From a virus (taxonomy: Duplodnaviria; Caudoviricetes), in the IMG/VR virus record IMGVR_UViG_3300043447_000250, positions 27,214 through 91,213 of that record: a DNA stretch of 64,000 nucleotides. One strand, 5' to 3'. The notes under the pieces were generated by a model that searched no databases, had not been told where the DNA came from, and worked only from the letters and a program-made list of their open reading frames with translations. Numbering within the stretch: position 1 is the stretch's first letter; every line of letters begins with the position of its first letter. The position numbers and the translations under genes are program-made. Shown here one piece after another: positions 57,531 through 64,000 of the stretch.

Positions 57531-57917
57531 ATGACTAATTGCTGCGGACCTGAGATATTTGGTGCTGATCCTATATACATTAAATGGAATGTTGTTAGAG
57601 GAGATAAAGCATCTCTACGTGTTGAGTTTTTAAATAACGATGAGGCTACATACTTTGACACATCTGATTGGGAATTTCAATCTTTTTCCTATGACCCTAA
57701 AGGTGACATTATTGATGAACTATCAGTAGTTACTGGAGATGGCTATGTAGATATTGTTGCTGATTCTGATATCACTCAATATTGGGGTACTGGATATTCT
57801 TCAGTTGTAGCAGAATTATCCTTTGATCTTCAAATTACACTTGGTGACTCTACTACCTGGACCCCCGTAATAGGCGTTATAAGGGTCTTAGGCGATGTTT
57901 CAGGTGGAAGTCTATAA
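57531..57917 (+). CDS. virion structural protein (baseplate/tail Ig-like)
   Basis: VRGD...FDLQ...TWTP..G.I.V..DV. Confidence 0.6.
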   Translation: MTNCCGPEIFGADPIYIKWNVVRGDKASLRVEFLNNDEATYFDTSDWEFQSFSYDPKGDIIDELSVVTGDGYVDIVADSDITQYWGTGYSSVVAELSFDLQITLGDSTTWTPVIGVIRVLGDVSGGSL

Positions 57918-58016
57918 CGATGGCTATCATCAAGGTGTCTAATACCCCAAAACCGCTCCCAGCCGTTATTCGTATTAATGGAAAATCTTTTAAGGTAGCA
58001 AAATAGGTTAAAATCC

Positions 58017-58751
58017 ATGGCTATTTCAAAGAGCATGGATATCCCAGGAAGCGTAAATAGTTATGCTGCCCAAGTCTTACAGTCACAGTCCAACTCGCCT
58101 GAAACTAATGCAAACTATATTCCAGTCCCAGGACCACAGGGTAAGCAGGGTCTACCAGGTTTAAAAGGTGACAAGGGTGATAAAGGTGATCCAGGAGAAA
58201 TTGGACCAAAAGGACCAAAGGGAGATAAAGGACAAAACGGACAAAATGGAAAAGATGGGTTAAGTTCGTTATCGTCTTCTGGACAGCAGGCAGGTTGGGC
58301 ATCTTATAAAAATATTCAGCAAAAGAGAATTCAGACTGGAGCATTGCGAGGAGATGATGGATGGGTAAGTCTTATTATCAAAACGGATGAATCAACCATA
58401 AACGAAAACTATCTACCAGAAGGATCTGTAAGTTTTTGGAACCCAAATAACTATAGGTTAAACTTTAAGGGGATAAAAGAGGGATCCCACGTATTTATCA
58501 AATATAACATTTCTTTATCTACAGAAAGCAACAACACTGAGGTTTGGGTAAGAACTCTGTTTCCAGATACAGATCTAGAATTATCAAATTTTGTTGCTCA
58601 GTTAAAGTATCAGGCTGAATATGAACTTAACATAACCCAAGACTTTTTTGTAGAAAACAGAAAGTTGTGGGCATCGCCAGCCATACCGCAAATAAGAACT
58701 GACTTTGATGCATCAGTAATTGTCAATTCCATATACGTCTCTGTGATATAA
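58017..58751 (+). CDS. collagen-like tail protein
   Basis: G-X-Y repeats. Confidence 0.75.
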   Translation: MAISKSMDIPGSVNSYAAQVLQSQSNSPETNANYIPVPGPQGKQGLPGLKGDKGDKGDPGEIGPKGPKGDKGQNGQNGKDGLSSLSSSGQQAGWASYKNIQQKRIQTGALRGDDGWVSLIIKTDESTINENYLPEGSVSFWNPNNYRLNFKGIKEGSHVFIKYNISLSTESNNTEVWVRTLFPDTDLELSNFVAQLKYQAEYELNITQDFFVENRKLWASPAIPQIRTDFDASVIVNSIYVSVI

Positions 58752-58770
58752 TAAACCAGGAGGAATATCT

Positions 58771-59124
58771 ATGGCATTTCCAAATGAACTAAACATTAAC
58801 TACTATAAGGGTGACACCCAAGAGTTTGCTCTGTACCCTCAAAAAACAGACGGCTCAGAATTTGTTATGACTGGGTACACAGTTAAGTTTACTATAGCCT
58901 CAGAGCGTGGCTCATCATCGGTAATTAATGCATATGCAGCCATCGATAGCCAGAATCCCGCTAAACTGTTATGCACTATTAGACCAGCAGACGGAGCAAC
59001 GCTTGTGCCTGGAAATACATACTATTACGATGTTGAAATTTCAAAATCTGGAACACCATATCCATTGGTGTACACAATTTTAACTGGAACAGTTTCTGTT
59101 ACAGAGCAGGTTAGCCAGGGATAA
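58771..59124 (+). CDS. virion structural protein (similar to 57531)
   Basis: YKGDT...YYDVEI...LTG.VSV. Confidence 0.6.
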   Translation: MAFPNELNINYYKGDTQEFALYPQKTDGSEFVMTGYTVKFTIASERGSSSVINAYAAIDSQNPAKLLCTIRPADGATLVPGNTYYYDVEISKSGTPYPLVYTILTGTVSVTEQVSQG

Positions 59125-59125
59125 A

Positions 59126-59698
59126 ATGGCAAACATACTTTCTACAGAAGACATTACAGTTTTTGGTGGTCCAGCAAAGATTGCTATCGACCTAGACTTT
59201 GGTCCAACTGGTCAACGTGGAAGTAAGATATTTATCGATAGTGTAAATCCAAACACAAAGACTTTTGACGAAACAATTTATTACGGAGATCTATACATTA
59301 ACAACGAGCCAACTAGTGTTGACTACAGAGTTATGTATATCTATCAGAGTGTTTCTGGCATTAACACCTGGGTTAAGATCACAAACCTTATTCCTAATTT
59401 TTATTCAAGAAAATCTTTGTCAACATTTTCTGCTGGAGAGACAACGGTCAATATTCCACTAGCAGACTTAACCTATAGTGATTATTCTGGAGAACTAACC
59501 GTTGATAGTTTTGTTATCCAACACTCTATAGTAAATACTGTAAATCCAACAGTGTCAAATTTATCTATTTCTGGAATAGCAGAAAGCGCTGGAATCCAGG
59601 TCCTTCAGTTGTCTATAAATGCAACTGAGTATGATGGGGGCACTTGGACTGACCTAGTTGGGCAAAGGTCAGTTCACTTGTTTATTTCGGTGGTATAA
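59126..59698 (+). CDS. tail-associated protein
   Basis: GPTGQRGS; structural module context. Confidence 0.6.
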   Translation: MANILSTEDITVFGGPAKIAIDLDFGPTGQRGSKIFIDSVNPNTKTFDETIYYGDLYINNEPTSVDYRVMYIYQSVSGINTWVKITNLIPNFYSRKSLSTFSAGETTVNIPLADLTYSDYSGELTVDSFVIQHSIVNTVNPTVSNLSISGIAESAGIQVLQLSINATEYDGGTWTDLVGQRSVHLFISVV

Positions 59699-59716
59699 TT
59701 CTGATGGAGATAAACT

Positions 59717-60145
59717 ATGGCTGAGAGTATTAATTTAAATGGACCTTACGATACCCAGATACCTGGGTACGATGACGATGCTGATATTAAAAAGGCATTA
59801 AGGTTATTTCTTTATGGATCTAACACGCTTCCAGCAAATGATAGTGAGATTCAGGCAGAGTCTATTGCAGGATATTTGAAGGCCCTACAGGATGACGTAG
59901 ATGCAGTAGATGCAAAAGGGCTCGGATCTGCCATACTGTCTACTCAGCCATCTGTGGTTAGCAATGGTTATATTTGGGTAGACTCAACTTCTTCAGTAAC
60001 ATCAGATGTTCAATATGCAACAGCATCATATCAAACATCTGCACCATCTTCACCAAGCACTGGAACACTTTGGGTCGACTCAGACTCTTCACCATTAAAA
60101 ATGTATGTATATTCAGGCACTGAGTGGAAAGAGATTGGTGCATAA
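59717..60145 (+). CDS. tail fibre-associated protein
   Basis: repeated G.(I/L)WVDS motif. Confidence 0.65.
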   Translation: MAESINLNGPYDTQIPGYDDDADIKKALRLFLYGSNTLPANDSEIQAESIAGYLKALQDDVDAVDAKGLGSAILSTQPSVVSNGYIWVDSTSSVTSDVQYATASYQTSAPSSPSTGTLWVDSDSSPLKMYVYSGTEWKEIGA

Positions 60146-60256
60146 TGGCTAAAGATAACAATACAGATCAAGCACTTAGAGAAATTGGGATTGCAAAAAT
60201 TATGAGTGCTACTGGAATTACAGAAGAAGAACTTAGAGCATTGGGGTTGGTTTCAG

Positions 60257-60907
60257 ATGTCAACAATTAATTCAGATGGTAAGGTTGCCTATATCTATAA
60301 TTCTGGCGATGACACTTGGTATGCTATTGGCGGAGCAGTCAATACAAATGCCGAATATACATGGACAGCAGATCAAACATTTTCTTCTGTAGTAACATTA
60401 GATTCTGTTGTTAACGCAAAAGCAGGAGTAAATAATTTTTTAAATACAACAGCCCGTGATGCAGCAATCACTTCTCCAGTAAATGGGGTTGTCTGCTTTG
60501 TTTCTCAAAAAAATGACGGTACCGTAATTAATCAAGTTCAATACTACTACAACGGTGAGTGGAGATACGCACTTGATGCTATGACTGCAGTTGATATTAC
60601 TGCAGATTACACTATTACAAAAGATGATGCTGGAAAGACCTTGTTTATTACATCATCAGACCCAGTGGTAATAACAATTCCTGCTAATAGTACAACTGCA
60701 TTTACAAAAGGACAAAAGGTTGAATTTATTAGAAATGGTTCTGGTGCAGTAAGTTTTGCGGGTGAAGTTACAGTAGTCGGACAACCCACACCAGTAACAA
60801 TTAACAGCAAGTTTTCAAATAAAAAGATTTCTGCACAATACTCAGGAGCAGTAATTACTAAAAAAGATACAAACACCTGGCTACTTCTTGGTGATTTGAC
60901 GGCTTAG
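60257..60907 (+). CDS. tail fibre-associated protein
   Basis: ARDAAI, W.LLGDL C-terminus. Confidence 0.65.
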   Translation: MSTINSDGKVAYIYNSGDDTWYAIGGAVNTNAEYTWTADQTFSSVVTLDSVVNAKAGVNNFLNTTARDAAITSPVNGVVCFVSQKNDGTVINQVQYYYNGEWRYALDAMTAVDITADYTITKDDAGKTLFITSSDPVVITIPANSTTAFTKGQKVEFIRNGSGAVSFAGEVTVVGQPTPVTINSKFSNKKISAQYSGAVITKKDTNTWLLLGDLTA

Positions 60908-60914
60908 GTATCAC

Positions 60915-61661
60915 ATGCTAAATTTTGGGCTGTGGGCATCTTCTAAGGGAATGGTAAGAGTTCCAGATCTTGCTGGACTAACACGTACAGGCGCAAAGAA
61001 TTCAATTGATGCAGCAGGGCTAGTCTTTTTATCAGAAACAAGTTCTTCCACTAGTGATAGCAACCTGAATGATAAGGTTAAATCTCAAACACCTTCTGCA
61101 AATGATTTAGTTTCATATGAGTCTAATGTCTCTTTTGAATATTATTCATATACAGCACCAGTACCATCGCCAGTCTCGCCAGTAAGCCCTGTATCACCAG
61201 TTTCTCCAACACCTTCTGGATCTGTAACGCTGTCATTGACAGAAAATTCTGCTAACAACATTACACTCAGTTGGTCTGTAAGTGGTGTTACGCAGAACTC
61301 TTATGAAGTATTTTGGAATGCAGGCGGAGCATGGATTTTGCAAACAAGTGGACAATCAGAGACAAGTTATGGGCCAATTACCCCAATTGCAAACACTCCT
61401 GGTGATGTAAACTCATACTATGTGCGTGTTTATTATGCAAGCACCTCTACAACAAGTAATACTGTAAGTTATACATATAAGGATACTTCAGTATCTCCAG
61501 TAAGCCCAGTATCCCCAGTAAGCCCAGTATCCCCAGTAAGCCCAGTATCCCCAGTACCATCCTGTACCTATGATGTTTTCACAAGCCCAGGGGCTGGAGG
61601 AACAACATGTTACACTGCAAGGTATCCAGATTGTTCAACAGAGTTCCTTGGATGTTTCTAG
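60915..61661 (+). CDS. PASTA-domain plus FN3-like protein with SPV-repeat linkers
   Basis: VPDLAGL...A...AGL...V.SQTP. Confidence 0.7.
   Translation: MLNFGLWASSKGMVRVPDLAGLTRTGAKNSIDAAGLVFLSETSSSTSDSNLNDKVKSQTPSANDLVSYESNVSFEYYSYTAPVPSPVSPVSPVSPVSPTPSGSVTLSLTENSANNITLSWSVSGVTQNSYEVFWNAGGAWILQTSGQSETSYGPITPIANTPGDVNSYYVRVYYASTSTTSNTVSYTYKDTSVSPVSPVSPVSPVSPVSPVSPVPSCTYDVFTSPGAGGTTCYTARYPDCSTEFLGCF
61489..61556 (+). repeat. 18-bp tandem repeat encoding (SPV)n; second tract near 61167-61207
   Basis: gtatccccagtaagccca units. Confidence 0.85.
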
Positions 61662-61676
61662 TGGTAGAATATATAT

Positions 61677-62030
61677 ATGAGTAAGCAGATAGAAGTTTTC
61701 GTAGAGTCCGATTTTGTTGGAAATATAAAAATTGGTGATGAGTTGCTAGAAAAGTTTTCTCCACTTTTAGATGCAATAGGTCAGTCGGCTTCGATTGTTG
61801 ATATTACAGGAGAAAATCTTCCAGTTATTGGAATGAAGTACTCAGAGCAAAAATTTAAAGAAACCTCAAAGTTAAAATTTGAAGTAAATGCGTATCCATC
61901 AAATATTAAAGTTTTTGGGTTTTTAGTAGACTCAACCTTAGTTGCAATACAAATTCTTATAAGCCCACAGATGGATAACCTTATTGCTGCATTTCTAAGC
62001 AACCCTAGCCTAAGAGTTACAGATGTCTGA
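61677..62030 (+). CDS. hypothetical protein (leaderless)
   Basis: TGGTAGAAT before ATG. Confidence 0.65.
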   Translation: MSKQIEVFVESDFVGNIKIGDELLEKFSPLLDAIGQSASIVDITGENLPVIGMKYSEQKFKETSKLKFEVNAYPSNIKVFGFLVDSTLVAIQILISPQMDNLIAAFLSNPSLRVTDV

Positions 62031-62265
62031 AGAAGAATTAACACCTTGGCAAAAGTATAAAAATTCTTTGGGGGATTCAAGACCTTGGGATTTAGTCAAT
62101 CCAAATGCAAAAAATGTTTCAGATGATATTGCGAAGGATCGATTAACCCTTTGTAATTCATGTCCTGAGTTAATAAAATTAACAAAGCAGTGTAAGAAGT
62201 GTGGATGCTTTATGGTTTTAAAAACTAAACTTGAAGATGCAACATGTCCGATTGGAAAATGGTAA
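62023..62265 (+). CDS. Cys-rich small protein (paralog of 55901)
   Basis: CKKCGCFM.LK..L..A.CPIGKW. Confidence 0.75.
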   Translation: MSEEELTPWQKYKNSLGDSRPWDLVNPNAKNVSDDIAKDRLTLCNSCPELIKLTKQCKKCGCFMVLKTKLEDATCPIGKW

Positions 62266-62861
62266 TGGATAAAAAAGAGATTGCTCCTGGAATAATGATC
62301 TATAGCAATGTTATTGAAAACATTGAAGAGTTCATGAAAGACTTTGAGGAGGCCATGGAGGATGATATGTGGCAACCACCTAGAGTAATGAGAGATGGCA
62401 AGAGTGTTGTGGATTATCATGCCAGAAACCTAGATACTTTTGGGATTGATTATTATCAGTCGTTAACGCTAATAGACAATCCAGCCACACCTTACGAAGC
62501 ATTTGTTAACTCTGTTGGAAACAAGTTTTATACCTCGTTTGATCCATGCGAAAAGGATTATCAAAGTGATTATGGAACAACTATGGTTTGGCACGATATG
62601 TATAACGTTCTGAGATATGGAAAAGATCATTTTTTTGTTAACCATATCGATGATAATCAAACTTATCATAGAAGAATTTCCTCTGTCTATTATGCTAACG
62701 ACAACTACTATGGTGGAGAAATAACATTTGATCGATTTGGTATAGAGTACAAGCCAAAGGCAAATGAACTTATAGTTTTCCCATCAACCTATGTTTATAA
62801 CCACTCTGTCAAGAAGGTAACTGATGGGGTCAGATATTCGGTGGCAAGTTGGATGAATTAA
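62265..62861 (+). CDS. prolyl-4-hydroxylase-like 2OG-Fe(II) oxygenase
   Basis: HIDD, YANDNYYGGE, HSVKKVTDGVRY. Confidence 0.88.
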   Translation: MDKKEIAPGIMIYSNVIENIEEFMKDFEEAMEDDMWQPPRVMRDGKSVVDYHARNLDTFGIDYYQSLTLIDNPATPYEAFVNSVGNKFYTSFDPCEKDYQSDYGTTMVWHDMYNVLRYGKDHFFVNHIDDNQTYHRRISSVYYANDNYYGGEITFDRFGIEYKPKANELIVFPSTYVYNHSVKKVTDGVRYSVASWMN

Positions 62862-63442
62862 AGTCTCCACAGGTTATAGATAATGTTCTAGGCGTCTTTG
62901 ATTTTAATAACCTATCATCGATTGCACAGAATAAAAGTAAAACATTTCATTATGACAGTGGTTTTGGTAGATTTTTAGCAGGAGAGTCAGAGTTACCAAT
63001 TCTCAAAGAACTTTCGGATAGTTTAGTAGATCTTGCAAGGAAAACTTTTAGCAGCAAGACACTGCTTCCCACTTACTCACTATTTGCACATTACGAGGGA
63101 GATAGGTCTAGCCTCAGAAAACATTTTGACGATAATGCCTGTACTTACACAATTGATTTATGTCTCTATCAAAACTTCCCATGGGATTTGTGGGTAGATA
63201 ATAAAAATTATACACTTCATCCAAATCAGGCACTAGCATATTATGGAAATGATCAAGAGCACTGGAGAGAGACCTTCCCATATCCAGAATTACAGCATGT
63301 TGCAATGGTATTTTTTCATTTTGCAGAACCAGATCATTGGTGGTTCACAAAAGGCCAGTCATATCTATCCGTAATAAGAAAAGAAATGACTGACCTTGAG
63401 TGGGAACAACTTAATTTGGGAACTGGGACATCCACTGCTTAG
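62849..63442 (+). CDS. 2OG-Fe(II) oxygenase-like protein (similar to 8085)
   Basis: HFD...TID...HWRE...FFHF. Confidence 0.7.
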   Translation: MDELKSPQVIDNVLGVFDFNNLSSIAQNKSKTFHYDSGFGRFLAGESELPILKELSDSLVDLARKTFSSKTLLPTYSLFAHYEGDRSSLRKHFDDNACTYTIDLCLYQNFPWDLWVDNKNYTLHPNQALAYYGNDQEHWRETFPYPELQHVAMVFFHFAEPDHWWFTKGQSYLSVIRKEMTDLEWEQLNLGTGTSTA

Positions 63443-63965
63443 TGCGTGGAGTTAGTCCATGCCATGCAGACCAGTCTTTTCCACCGTCTGACATATGAAA
63501 TGCAATCTGTGCATTAATTACAGGGTTTAGCAGGTCAGAGTTTGTAACAAGTTCAAACTTGTCTCGACGATCTGGACCAAGCATACCAATCATATTAATT
63601 TGAAATAGACCCCAAGAGTTATCCCCAGTCTTAACGTTTGGGTTAAATCTAATTGGTTGTCCATTAGTTTCTTTCTTTGCCACTGCCCAAGCCTCAACAA
63701 GGTTTGAGCCTCTAAAGCCAACTAGGTGCAGAAGTTCCTTAAGTTCTAAATCGGTAAGAGTTCCTTTATTTTCAAAACTCTTTAATTTTTCCTCCTTAGA
63801 AACCAAAAAAACCTCTTGCGAGGTAGTTTTCGAGATCTGAGCCTGTTCGGGCTTGGTATTACTTTTAAGCGGAGCAGCATTAGCACTGTTAGAAAATACA
63901 GCAAATACTGCGATGATACTGAGTGTGCTAATGATCTCTTTGTTTCTTTCGATAAATTTAATCAT
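63411..63965 (-). CDS. secreted lysozyme-like/lytic transglycosylase
   Basis: signal peptide ending ANA; AVAKKE.NG, GLFQIN, NP..NA..A, W.AW. Confidence 0.8.
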   Translation of the reverse strand: MIKFIERNKEIISTLSIIAVFAVFSNSANAAPLKSNTKPEQAQISKTTSQEVFLVSKEEKLKSFENKGTLTDLELKELLHLVGFRGSNLVEAWAVAKKETNGQPIRFNPNVKTGDNSWGLFQINMIGMLGPDRRDKFELVTNSDLLNPVINAQIAFHMSDGGKDWSAWHGLTPRTKQWMSQFPN

Positions 63966-64000
63966 AGTTTCCTCCTTAGAAAACAATAACACCCTGGTAG

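Overview
A 64 kb segment of a large dsDNA tailed phage using the standard genetic code. It most likely infects freshwater Actinobacteria, based on a WhiB protein, many leaderless genes, short-arm tRNA-Leu genes and actinobacterial promoter motifs. Layout: 1-9 kb replication and recombination genes (primase end, SSB, DnaE, MazG, RecA, Cas4-like nuclease, RuvC); 9-11 kb terminase; 11-16 kb two large secreted proteins and small membrane proteins; 16-33 kb accessory genes (many 2OG-Fe(II) oxygenases, endolysin, SNase, thioredoxin, WhiB, CysC fusion, Hsp20, fibre protein); 33.5-36.4 kb a minus-strand cluster of 11 tRNAs with an unassigned structured RNA, plus a tRNA-Asp at 46 kb; 36.4-55.4 kb small, probably early, genes with long spacers; 57-62 kb tail/structural genes. 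The most striking signal is non-coding. The 41.5-54.4 kb spacers are packed with host-type regulatory elements: nine promoters matching the PafBC/RecA-NDp DNA-damage consensus, twelve CRP boxes, DnaA boxes at both ends, an MraZ-type triple repeat and WhiA-type GACAC sites. Two repeated RNA-structure families also occur there: a covarying pseudoknot after gene 3' ends and a promoter-proximal UGA/AAAUAA internal-loop hairpin. All calls come from reading the sequence; no database searches were run.
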